A DNA stretch of 63,982 nucleotides, counting the filler. It is 6 parts of 6 records of this genome, joined end to end, with 100 filler letters (N's around TTAATTAATTAA, not from the genome) between each part and the next. Parts side by side here need not be neighbours in the genome. Positions count along the whole stretch, not along the records: positions 21,056 to 33,380 come from SRR20825019_2144; positions 33,481 to 43,120 come from SRR20825019_2146; 4 more parts are not named here. One strand, given 5' to 3'. The position numbers and the translations under genes are program-made. Positions within the stretch are counted from its first letter, which is position 1; each line of letters starts with the position of its first letter. Below, in pieces: positions 24,272 through 34,199 of this stretch. The notes under the pieces were generated by a model. That model saw only the letters and a list, made by a program, of their open reading frames with translations. It was not told where the DNA came from and made no database searches.

Positions 24272-27200
24272 TCAAAATAGACGAGAGAGCCAGTAGTGGT
24301 ATCGTGCGGGAAGCCTCCCGGAGATGGCCACTGCCTCACGAACAACGGCATATACATCTAGCTTCTTGTTGGGCCCACCAATGCCCGCCAGAACTCGCGC
24401 ACATGACTCTGCGTCACATTGTTCCATCAGCACCGACCGGAACTGTGTCAGTATGGCGACGGTGACGAAGAAGGTGAAGGGAGCACCGCGCAAAGCCAAG
24501 TTATCCCACAACACCATCAGATCATCGACGGGGAAGATGCGGGCATATAGAGTAAGTAGCCAGGGCATTGCATATTGGTCTGGACTGCACCGGATAGCCG
24601 TCAAATGGTCAGCAAGCGGCGCATCAATAGCCAGAATAAGGGCCGCCACCGCACACACATCATCGGCCCACCGCCCCCGGGCATCAGCACTTAGATATTT
24701 CGTCGAAAACTTGGCCATGAATGCGTGGAGGATGGGGATGGCGGCGTCCTCATCGTTCTTGGCGGCCCACAGCGCCGCCTCGCCCACAATCCCCAGCCCT
24801 CTCACGTAGCCAAGCCCCTGACGCTCTTCAACAATTCCGTGCCACGACTTGAGCAGGGACCCGACCTTGGCACGCGACCGATCCGACACGTGGTGCAGCA
24901 GGCGGAGATCATCATCGATCATGCCTGCGTCGTGTGATTCAGCGTCGGGGTCACACTGGTATGGCATGTTTGGGTCTCTCATGTAATCGTTCAAGGCCGC
25001 CTGCCATACCATCAGGCGGCAGCCGTGGGGTAATCCGCGGTGGGCCTCCTGCTGGAGCTCCTTCTCAGTGACAGGATGGTGCTGGAGAAGCTCCAATATG
25101 TAATTCACACGGGAGGGTGAATCTTCTTTCTGCGTGAGCACATCACTGCCGTGGCCTGTCAATGGGACTGGTTGCCGACACATGAAGCACTCGTCCGTCC
25201 CCATCAATGTCTGCTGGCTACAAAGTTCGCATCGCCGTGGCGGTTTCGTGCCATACCGGTTTCGCGTAATGCCGAGGTCGACAAGTGTTCCAAGGATATG
25301 CCCGGCAACCCTATGGGGCTCGAGGAGCAATTTGCCTTGTAGTTGCTTCTCGGTATCGACGAGGCTATTGATTCGCCCAAGCACGAAGGCCTCGGCATCA
25401 CCTCCCGGTTTAGTGGATGACCCTTCGCTCACCTTCTTGAGCAGAGTCACAAGAATATCCCCACCTTCGCCCTCGGTGGATGCCTTGCGATTGTGCCGGC
25501 TGGCCCGCTCCAACTCTAAGCACTTTGTCCTCTCGATGTCTAGCTCGGCAACGACAGCATCGAATGACTTCTTCAGCGCATGTATCTCATTCTGTAGCAC
25601 CCGCTCCGCCTCATTTCTCTCATCCACTGCCCGGTCCACCTGTTCCTGCAAAATGGCGTGACGAGACATGATCGCCTCCACCTCCGCATGAGTGTATCCG
25701 ACCGGCGCAGGGGTTGAGCTCCTTGCACGGTCCATCTGTTCTTGGAGTTCAGTGCACTTCAGACTGGCTGCATTCTTGTCAAGTCTCAGGCGAGTGTTCT
25801 GTTCATCTAGGTCATTTTTCTTAGCCTCGAGGTCGGCGAGGGCGACTGCAAGCTGGTCCTTATCACGTTTAGCGCTCTCTGCAGTCTCGAAGGCCGCATC
25901 ACACTCGGATTGTAACCTTAGAACCTGCTCCTCGAGCGCCTCGTTGCTGCGTTCAAGGACAGCCATGCGTTGCTCCTCCGACTTCAGTGTGGAAGTCAAC
26001 GAATCCGATAGCTGCTTCTCAGCCATCATCTGCTTTTTCTCCCATCGATCCTGCATGGTCTTGGTATACTCGGCAAGCTTTCCCCGCATCTCGAGCACTT
26101 GATTATTCAGAGCCATGTTGGCATCCTTCATTTTGTTCCAGCTCGCTGCCCCGACCTTTAAACGGTTTTCAAGACTTTCATTGAGGTGCTTGGCCTCCTT
26201 AACTTCAGTCGTCAGGCTGGAAATCTGGTCTTCGTAGTACCGGCGCTCGCCCTCGGCGTGCCGGGCTCGCTCAACAGCGGCCTCCTTTTCGCCAGTGGCG
26301 CGTTGTACCTCAGAATCCTTGTCCGAAAGTTGAGTCTGCAATGATCTCAGCTCATTACGGGCAGCACGGAGATCGTCGGAAAGCTTTCCCGTCTTAGTGA
26401 CTTCTTGGTCAAGAAGTGACTTGAGGCTCATCTCAGACTCCTGCATACCCTGCATCTTGATCCGAACCGACTCCGCCTCCTGCTCCTTGAACCCGTCGAT
26501 GTTGGCCCGTAGGCCGTTGTACTTGTGCTCCATTAACACGCACTCTTGTTCCGCATCTAATCGTGCGGCACGCTCCGTTTCCACTAGCTCCACGTACTTG
26601 GACTCCTGCATTCGCTGCTTCTGCTTCTCGGACTCTACCAGCCTCTCCAGCACCTCCTTCTCCCATTCCAACTCGTGGTTCTTTTCAACCAGTGGACTGC
26701 GGATCAGAGCTGCATTGGCCAGCTCCTCCGGAGTCACATTTATGCGTTCACTGGCCAGGCGTTCCCTGGCAACTTCCAGCTGTGCCTCCAAATATGACCG
26801 CCCGCTATCGAGAGCAAGACGACGTTCCCGCTCGGTTGTCAATTCTCCTTGGAGATTCTTAATGTCATTGTGAAGCCCGGCCCTGTCCATCTCCAAACGA
26901 GAAACAGCCTCACTAGAAGAGGTTAGCTTTGCCCGGATCATGCTCTTGACTTCAATTTCTGCCTCCAGTCTTGACCGGGTTTCTTGCAGCTCTCTTTGCA
27001 ATCGTACAATGAGATCATGGAGTAGCTGCACCTCCCGGCGTGCAGAATTTTCGTGTTTCTCCAAGATTGCCTGGATTGGAGAAGGGGTCGCTGCTGCACG
27101 GGTGCTCCCAGGAGACGTCCCAGAGCCCGCCCCCGGGCTGCCGGAACCCAAGGGGGTGAAAGCCGACCCGAACTTATTGCTGCCGGGGGGAGCAGGGTGG

Positions 27201-30200
27201 GCCGGGGGGCGCGCCAATGGTGCTCGCTTACCGACAGAACCCGGTGGAGTCGCGATCTCATAGGGATTCTTGGTGGGCGGATCGTCAAGGAACGCCGCCT
27301 CAGAAGCTATTGAAACGATCGATTGCCTGTGCGTCTCGTCTTCACCTGCTGCATCCGCAGCATCTCTAGTCAATAGGGCAGACTTGAGGCTGTTGCTCCT
27401 TGACTTTGCTGCGGCCTCTGCGGCCATAGATCCGATCCCCCCAGCCTCATTCTCCAACGACAACTTACGGCTAACCTCCAGCACAGAGTCGACCTCATTA
27501 GAATACTTGTTGACCACTCGCTTCCTCTCCATGTCTATTGATTTATCCATCATCATACGATTATTACCCATTGCTGACCGACCGGCTGGATCAGGTGTTG
27601 CCGATGGTGCGCGGCCCTTAATGTTGACTCTTTGTGCCCGGTACGCCTGTTTCTTTCTCCACAGCCCCTGGACCACCAGCACCATCGTGTAAGTCTTCGT
27701 GTACTCATTTTTGTCCTTCATCATCCGTGCCGAATTCTGTAGAGTGATCGTCGCATTCTTATAGCGATTCCATCCTTGATGGCAACGCTGCTCGAAGCCC
27801 CACGCCCGCTGTGCCCGCTGAAGAACCCTTGCCGCATTTCGCACTCGGGTATACTTCTTGCGGGCCACGTAGCCACGGGTCTTCCTCTGGATTTTAACTG
27901 CCGCCCTCGTCTGCCGTTCGTGCCTTACATGCTGCCTGGCCACCATTCCCCTTCCTACACGCTGGATAGTCGCAGACGCCTTCTTAATGTTCGAATAAGC
28001 CAGCTGCTGTGCGTGTCCACGGAATCGCGTTTGGATTTTGACTGCCGCTTCTCTCATCTTAGTCTCGCGTGCTACTTCAACGGCTGCAAGCTGCCCTGCT
28101 CTCAGGAATATCTTGGTCCGCCCCACCTTGCATTCGTCCTCCTTCATGAGCTTCTTCATGATGAAGCGACAGCCTTCCTGAAAATTCCCTTCCTTTGCAT
28201 AGTCGCGATGAGGAATATCTCTCACGAGCATCTCGTAGCGGTAGTAAAAGTCCTCGTGCGTCTTCCGATTGGGAAATCCAACCGCGCTGATCCGAATAGA
28301 TTCCATCACACCCCCGCATTTCAGCTGATGAAGCACCATCTCGCTTTCAAATATACGCCCCTTCTTACGGGAATTCGGCTTTACGCAACGAATGTAATGC
28401 GTCGCACTGCGATCAATGGTCTCCATGAGCTTCGACAGTGAGTCTTTGAACTGACTGCCAACAGACACCATCTTAAAGTTAGACTGCGAGGTGGGCCGAT
28501 TTTGATGGGGATGACGACCCGGTGTGGACGATCCACGAGCTGCCGGCCTTGGCTCTTGTTCGACCAACGCAAACATATCTCTTATGTATTCGCTCTTTGA
28601 CGATGAAATTAATCTCACGTGCTCTTGGACAATGAAATCCTTGTTCTTTTCAAGGAAGGTGTCCGTACTATACGTCACGGGTCCCATGTGGTGGTCAATG
28701 GTAAATTGGGTGTTGGAAACACGGGGCTTGTGGATACAGGTGTGCTTCTGGAGGAGGTGCTCATAGAACTTCCGTGCGAGGGACTCGTGCGTAGATCTTG
28801 GCAAGATACATTCATCGTCCAACAAGGCCAATATGCCCATAGGCTTCTCAATGAGGTCTAGCACCGCCTGATTATCCCCAAAGTCTATGTACTGCCACGG
28901 GATTTCCTCTCGGGCGTATTCCTGCTGCTCCTTCTTGAACAACTGGTTTGTAAATTGCTGTTGCAGGCGCTCATTGGCGTAGTTGATGCAGAACTGTTCG
29001 AAGCTATTGGAACCAAAGCTTTCAAAGCCATAAATATCAAGAACCCCTATAATACCATCGGCGGACGAGGTGTTGTCAATGGACGCGTTGATACGCCTGA
29101 CCAGCCATTCGAACAGCTTTCCATATATGTTCTTTGCGAGCGAATCTCGCGAATGGACTGCCTGCTGCGGTGTAAGAGGAAGGGAATACTCCTCCCGACC
29201 ACCCGCAGTAATTCGGCGAGACAAAAGAGCAGCGCGTAGACTGTCTTCCTCAACATTCAGCAGGTGTGATGCCGCCTGCACTGATTTCTCGTTCAATATG
29301 ACAGCACCTTCTCCTGCCGGATCCTTATCAAACTCGATATCCCCGAGGTGCAACAGAGACGCGACAAGACGAAACACAAAATCTACTTCTGCCTCCAATA
29401 GCCCCACAACAGACATAGCCTTCCTCAACAGCCGGAATCGCTCAACATCGTCTACACCGTCAATTGATGTGCACCCACTCTGCGAAAGGTAAAAGTGGTC
29501 CTCTGGACAGCCCAACCGCAACTCTTGTCGCATTTTTTCATCGGCTCCTCGTGTAAGCTGATAGAAGACGTGGAAGTTCCGTTCATACTCCGACTGGTGT
29601 ACAAGACGAGACTTCTCAAGGAGATACGTGCGAATGGTCGCACCAGCGATAGCCGAATTCTTGTCAAACTGGATCTCAATGAACTTTCCAAATCGAGAGG
29701 AATTGTCGTTCCTCTGAGTCTTAGCATTCCCAAAGGCTTCTAATATGGGCGTGCTCTCTAAAACCTGGTCCTGGATGTTTCTATTTCCTGTGATGCCCCC
29801 GCGACTGGCCAAGTATTCCATTACAATCTTCGTCGTAACTGTCTTGCCAGACCCACTCTCACCGCTCACCAATACACACTGGTTGATACCATCCCCCTGA
29901 AGTGACCGGAACGCCTCGTCCGCCACAGTATATACATGCGGTGCAGCCTCTCCATATCGCTTGCCATAATAGCTCTCCATAACAGACTTCTTATAAAGCG
30001 GCAGGTCTCTGTAAGGATTCACCGCAATCAACATTCCAAAGTTGACGCCCACATTGGTGTATATCTTGTCTGTGCGGAAGCGTTCTCTCATGCTGTGCAA
30101 CACAGCCGCATCATGCAAAAACGAAAGAGATACAAGGTCGTCTGATGCCTCGACAACCGTGGGATTCATCCGAAGAACATCCGAATCGCTCACTACAGCT

Positions 30201-30370
30201 ACTTCGCCGTCGTTCTGTCTAACTTCAAGCCTTCCGCCATCTCCCACTGACATGACAGATCCCGGAACCCACAACTCCGTCTCATTCGGCACGAAAACCC
30301 GCGAGCCCTTTCCCAGTGGTGGGAGGCCCTTCGGAGGGGTTGCCGGCACACGTGCAGGCGTCGACGTCAT
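24272..30370 (-). CDS. Myosin heavy chain (class V/XI-like motor, IQ neck, coiled coil) with C-terminal CxxC-CxxC motif and TBC/Rab-GAP-like domain
   Basis: GESGSGKT P-loop, LEAFGNAKTQRNDNSSRFGK, DIYGFE, FEQFCINYANE; ~5-6 IQ motifs; long coiled coil; CELC...CFMC; TBC hallmarks GLPHGCRLMVW, YVRGL, YAMPWLLTLY, LWDNL. Intronless, 2032 aa. Confidence 0.93.
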   Translation of the reverse strand: MTSTPARVPATPPKGLPPLGKGSRVFVPNETELWVPGSVMSVGDGGRLEVRQNDGEVAVVSDSDVLRMNPTVVEASDDLVSLSFLHDAAVLHSMRERFRTDKIYTNVGVNFGMLIAVNPYRDLPLYKKSVMESYYGKRYGEAAPHVYTVADEAFRSLQGDGINQCVLVSGESGSGKTVTTKIVMEYLASRGGITGNRNIQDQVLESTPILEAFGNAKTQRNDNSSRFGKFIEIQFDKNSAIAGATIRTYLLEKSRLVHQSEYERNFHVFYQLTRGADEKMRQELRLGCPEDHFYLSQSGCTSIDGVDDVERFRLLRKAMSVVGLLEAEVDFVFRLVASLLHLGDIEFDKDPAGEGAVILNEKSVQAASHLLNVEEDSLRAALLSRRITAGGREEYSLPLTPQQAVHSRDSLAKNIYGKLFEWLVRRINASIDNTSSADGIIGVLDIYGFESFGSNSFEQFCINYANERLQQQFTNQLFKKEQQEYAREEIPWQYIDFGDNQAVLDLIEKPMGILALLDDECILPRSTHESLARKFYEHLLQKHTCIHKPRVSNTQFTIDHHMGPVTYSTDTFLEKNKDFIVQEHVRLISSSKSEYIRDMFALVEQEPRPAARGSSTPGRHPHQNRPTSQSNFKMVSVGSQFKDSLSKLMETIDRSATHYIRCVKPNSRKKGRIFESEMVLHQLKCGGVMESIRISAVGFPNRKTHEDFYYRYEMLVRDIPHRDYAKEGNFQEGCRFIMKKLMKEDECKVGRTKIFLRAGQLAAVEVARETKMREAAVKIQTRFRGHAQQLAYSNIKKASATIQRVGRGMVARQHVRHERQTRAAVKIQRKTRGYVARKKYTRVRNAARVLQRAQRAWGFEQRCHQGWNRYKNATITLQNSARMMKDKNEYTKTYTMVLVVQGLWRKKQAYRAQRVNIKGRAPSATPDPAGRSAMGNNRMMMDKSIDMERKRVVNKYSNEVDSVLEVSRKLSLENEAGGIGSMAAEAAAKSRSNSLKSALLTRDAADAAGEDETHRQSIVSIASEAAFLDDPPTKNPYEIATPPGSVGKRAPLARPPAHPAPPGSNKFGSAFTPLGSGSPGAGSGTSPGSTRAAATPSPIQAILEKHENSARREVQLLHDLIVRLQRELQETRSRLEAEIEVKSMIRAKLTSSSEAVSRLEMDRAGLHNDIKNLQGELTTERERRLALDSGRSYLEAQLEVARERLASERINVTPEELANAALIRSPLVEKNHELEWEKEVLERLVESEKQKQRMQESKYVELVETERAARLDAEQECVLMEHKYNGLRANIDGFKEQEAESVRIKMQGMQESEMSLKSLLDQEVTKTGKLSDDLRAARNELRSLQTQLSDKDSEVQRATGEKEAAVERARHAEGERRYYEDQISSLTTEVKEAKHLNESLENRLKVGAASWNKMKDANMALNNQVLEMRGKLAEYTKTMQDRWEKKQMMAEKQLSDSLTSTLKSEEQRMAVLERSNEALEEQVLRLQSECDAAFETAESAKRDKDQLAVALADLEAKKNDLDEQNTRLRLDKNAASLKCTELQEQMDRARSSTPAPVGYTHAEVEAIMSRHAILQEQVDRAVDERNEAERVLQNEIHALKKSFDAVVAELDIERTKCLELERASRHNRKASTEGEGGDILVTLLKKVSEGSSTKPGGDAEAFVLGRINSLVDTEKQLQGKLLLEPHRVAGHILGTLVDLGITRNRYGTKPPRRCELCSQQTLMGTDECFMCRQPVPLTGHGSDVLTQKEDSPSRVNYILELLQHHPVTEKELQQEAHRGLPHGCRLMVWQAALNDYMRDPNMPYQCDPDAESHDAGMIDDDLRLLHHVSDRSRAKVGSLLKSWHGIVEERQGLGYVRGLGIVGEAALWAAKNDEDAAIPILHAFMAKFSTKYLSADARGRWADDVCAVAALILAIDAPLADHLTAIRCSPDQYAMPWLLTLYARIFPVDDLMVLWDNLALRGAPFTFFVTVAILTQFRSVLMEQCDAESCARVLAGIGGPNKKLDVYAVVREAVAISGRLPARYHYWLSRLF

Positions 30371-30479
30371 TGATGACCACCCGCGCTACTTGACAGATTT
30401 GAGCTTAGACTAGCTCATACATAAAGTTGATATACACCAGATGCTGCGTTTGGTCCTCAGCCTTGCTACCAATAGGTCG

Positions 30480-31400
30480 GCCATAGTGGGCGGCGGCATG
30501 GGGCCAGTGCGACACGCAACTCTGAGTGGCCATGCCCGTCTCCGCGAGACCGATGCCGCGGCGCAGGGGCGGGCCCGGTTGGACTGCCAGGTGGGCCCGT
30601 GGCACTCTGGCGCGGCTGACCGCGGGCCGGCCGGTTCAGGAGTCGCCGAGTGCCCGGCGCCGGGCCGGGCGGGGGCGGGCGCCCGCACTCAGCACCCGGA
30701 GTCCACGAGTCGGCGCTTTGTGCGGCTCGCGGGCCGCGTCGAGGCCGGGGGCCGGCCCCCGCGGCCCCGGACCGGGTCGCCCGGGTCGCGGGCCGGCGCC
30801 GCCGGAGGGCTGAGAGTCACCGGCACCTGCCCGCGAGGGCCTCGCCGGCGTCTCTGAGCCGTGGCAAGCCCTCACTTTGATCTCGCGGTTGGTACTTCGT
30901 ATATACTAAATCCGATATAATACTATTTTTGACAAAGGGAGTTTTGCAAGGTTTTGAATTCGTCAGTTTGTCCGCGAAAAAATCAGCGGTGGACAAACTT
31001 CGGGAATTTTCCACTTAGCGCGTGTCTGGGACGTGCCCAGACCGCTCACCCTGAAAGTTGAGTGCCAGGGAGACGGTGCCGGCGTGAGTCCGGATCCGGC
31101 CCGCCCGCCCGCCGGTCAGGCCGGTGGTGCCCGTCACAGTCTCTCAGAGTGTTGACCGCCTGAGCCTCCGGCCTGAGTGCGCCATCCGGCGCGCCCGGCG
31201 ACCCGCCCGGGCGCGGTGCCGTGCGACGGCCGGCCACGGACGCCGGCGCGGCCCCGCAACTCCGGCAATTCGGCTCCGCGACAAACGGTGGGTCGGTGCC
31301 AGCCTCACGCTGGGGCCTCGGGACTCCGGCGCCGGGGCCCTCATCCATCCCGCTCCGCTGGGCGCCGGGGCCGGTAAGGCCGGGGGCTCACAGGTTTGTG
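30480..31400. promoter_or_regulatory. Paired GC-rich islands between divergent myosin and RING genes
   Basis: Two CpG-dense blocks (30480-30870, 31040-31400) separated by an AT-rich ~150-bp spacer. Confidence 0.5.
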
Positions 31401-31637
31401 CACCTGTTAAGTCCGTGCCTTGTTCCGCTACCCATCATGGCTACCAATCATGGCTGAACCCCAGACCAAACTCAACAACATTGCCACTACTTGATCCAGT
31501 CGGTTTGGGTGGGGTTCCCACGCCAAGGTGTCGTGCAACGACCACGGGCCTGCACCGAGTCACTAAATATATAAACGTCACTACAATCCGAGAGTGTTCT
31601 ATGCTTAACACAAGGTCCAATACTCCTTGGCTTAGAA

Positions 31638-32921
31638 ATGGCAGACACACTGTCCCATATCGGAGGAACACCATCGAGTGTGTTGGGACCCAACGATGTT
31701 GTATTCAACACCTACAGCTTGACTGTTGCTGCTACGTGCTTGATCCCTGCTACGATTCTTTTAACTATGCTTGTTTATCTCATGATGAGTATGTGCACTG
31801 GTAGAGTGCTGGATCAGCTTTCTCAGGACGATGAAGCTGGCGATGGCACTGTGACCTCAAACCTCACTGAAGATGGGGCTGAGACTGGAGATGTTGAAGG
31901 GACCAATTTCTCCTTACTCTTTCGCAGACTGCACACTCTACTGATGTCTAACGGAATGGGCTTGATGCTCCCTGATCATGGATATACGGACGACGAAGGG
32001 GAAAGTGATGACGATGACGATGACGGACCCACAGTTCACCCTCTCGTACCATCGTCTCCAGAGTCGAAGGAAATTTCGCTCCCGGAGGCAGACATACACA
32101 ACCCGAGTGGGGAATTCTTGGGAAAGGAACTAGCAACTGGTGGCGAACTTCGGTGTCCGATTTGTTTGGGAATATTTAGGGACGCTTGTGTTACGTCCTG
32201 TGGCCATACATTCTGTGCAAATTGTATCCTTCGTTGCGCGCGTCCGGTGTCTCGTAAGCGGTCACGGAGTCGATCTGGGTCCTTCTCGAATGAAGATGGA
32301 GAAGGAGGCTGCGTGGAGATGGCGGTGTGCCCTATTGACCGTCAGCCCATTCACGGGATATTCAAATGCTTCACTGTAAGGAATATGGTTGAAAGGGCGG
32401 TAGAGGAATCAACATCGTCGGTGTATCCTCGGTCAGATTCAGCTTGCAGTGTATCTGGGCCTCGTCGCAGGGTAGTTAGCCATCTGGGTTTGGGAGAAGA
32501 CAAGGACGCTAGTGGGGAGGATACTGTACCAAAGCTGCCTTCGGGAGTGGATGCCGATACCATCGAGAAAGCGATCGCATACTACAACAACCTTTTCTTC
32601 AAGAAAGTTGAGAATAATCACGCGCCATCAACCGACCTGCCGTCCTCTCCGCACCTGCTATTTGCATTAGTGTTTGTTGTGTTCATGGTGCTGTATACTA
32701 AGTCAACATCTATCATCGATAGCAACGACCTCAACGGGGAGGCTGTCCTGATCTGTTCCGCGATCATGGTTGGTATGCTGGGGGCATGCGTGATATTTGG
32801 TATCCTCACTTGTGTGGCCATTCGGCACTTCCTGCGAGGTGTGTCTGCTCTCATTGTTGTGGAGTGCCCACAGAACTATGTTGGCTCGCCACACGATGAG
32901 GTGGTGCATCTGTACGTGTGA
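31638..32921 (+). CDS. Membrane RING-HC E3 ubiquitin ligase, RNF170-like
   Basis: N-terminal TM; CPICL...SCGHTFCANC...CPIDRQ RING; IAYYNNLF...DLP motif resembling RNF170; two C-terminal hydrophobic helices. Confidence 0.78.
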   Translation: MADTLSHIGGTPSSVLGPNDVVFNTYSLTVAATCLIPATILLTMLVYLMMSMCTGRVLDQLSQDDEAGDGTVTSNLTEDGAETGDVEGTNFSLLFRRLHTLLMSNGMGLMLPDHGYTDDEGESDDDDDDGPTVHPLVPSSPESKEISLPEADIHNPSGEFLGKELATGGELRCPICLGIFRDACVTSCGHTFCANCILRCARPVSRKRSRSRSGSFSNEDGEGGCVEMAVCPIDRQPIHGIFKCFTVRNMVERAVEESTSSVYPRSDSACSVSGPRRRVVSHLGLGEDKDASGEDTVPKLPSGVDADTIEKAIAYYNNLFFKKVENNHAPSTDLPSSPHLLFALVFVVFMVLYTKSTSIIDSNDLNGEAVLICSAIMVGMLGACVIFGILTCVAIRHFLRGVSALIVVECPQNYVGSPHDEVVHLYV

Positions 32922-33380
32922 GCGGTTTCCGGCCAGCGATCACCTGTTCTTAAAAAAGAACACCTGGTTATATATTTAGTAATAATGTAAATCTATTAAT
33001 TCCGATCTGTGAGACTTGAATTGATTTCTGGAAACTCTTTCCCTACTGGCTCCGGACGGGGAGAAACGAAACGGCTTTTGAATTGGACCGCTGCGGGACC
33101 GGGTCGTGCCGTGCACCCACCGCATCCGGCCCGAGGCCCGCTGCACCGTGATCAGTTGGAACCGGCGTGCCGATCGGTGCCGGCCGGGCGGCCGGCGCCG
33201 CCGCCACCGCCGGGCCTCATAGCATCGCCTCACGTGGCCACAACCGCCGACGTGACGGTTGAAGGTGCGAAAACAGACTGAACGGCCCGGCGATGGGACC
33301 GTCGCAGCGCTCGTCACGCGGCGAGGACGACGGGCGGGCGGCCCGCGGGCCGGGGAGGGCGGGGGGGGGGGGGGGGGGGG

Positions 33381-33480
33381 NNNNNNNNNNNNNNNNNNNN
33401 NNNNNNNNNNNNNNNNNNNNNNNNTTAATTAATTAANNNNNNNNNNNNNNNNNNNNNNNNNNNNNNNNNNNNNNNNNNNN
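33381..33480. other. Artificial contig spacer
   Basis: N44-TTAATTAATTAA-N44. Confidence 0.99.
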
Positions 33481-34199
33481 AGAGTGCTCCTTTTGTGGTT
33501 GCTTGAGGTCGAATTCATTTGCTGGATTCGTAGAATCCGTACAATTCTCTAAACATACGATCCTTTCACCTGTAATCAAATTATTCGAGGAGGGCCTCCA
33601 ACTGCAGACTGTTCAAATTAGGGCAAAGCCCGCCCTAAGTCTCGCTCACCGGCCACCCGGCCCGAAAGCGTACGGCGACGATGGGCACCAGGGCGTCGGC
33701 CTGGTGAAGGGCAGTCATCCGTCACTCGGGATGGAGTCCGCCCGGGTGCGGGAATCCCCAGAAGCCGCCCCTCACTCACCGGGCTTGGGCGAGCGGCGGG
33801 CGGCGGCCGGTCACCAGAGGCAAGCCGTCCGCGGTGGCTGACTCAGCGTCCCACTGGGCGAGACTCCTCATCCAACAACCGCCCATACTACCTCGGCACG
33901 CGGCGACCGGACCTGAGCGACTTCGCGGAACGATGGTCGCCTCTGCCTGGGCCGGATACAACTTCGACTGACCCGTGCAGGACCGCGCTATAGGGCACTT
34001 CTTGGCCGGAGGAGTCGCCCTTGCGTAACCGTCAACTCACCTTGCTTGATGCACAAGGAGCGCCAAGCAGTTGTCCAAGGCAGCGGAGTACCTTTCTCAA
34101 CTTACACGGCCTTCTTCCTTGTTTTATATGCGTGAGACACAAACTCAGAGCGTCCAACTGTAGGCGACAAGCCAAACAATAGTTTACAGACTAGATAGC

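Noticed and set aside
33357-33380. Poly-G run at contig end as G-quadruplex or telomere
   Set aside because: Homopolymer at a contig terminus, typical of a sequencing or assembly artefact.
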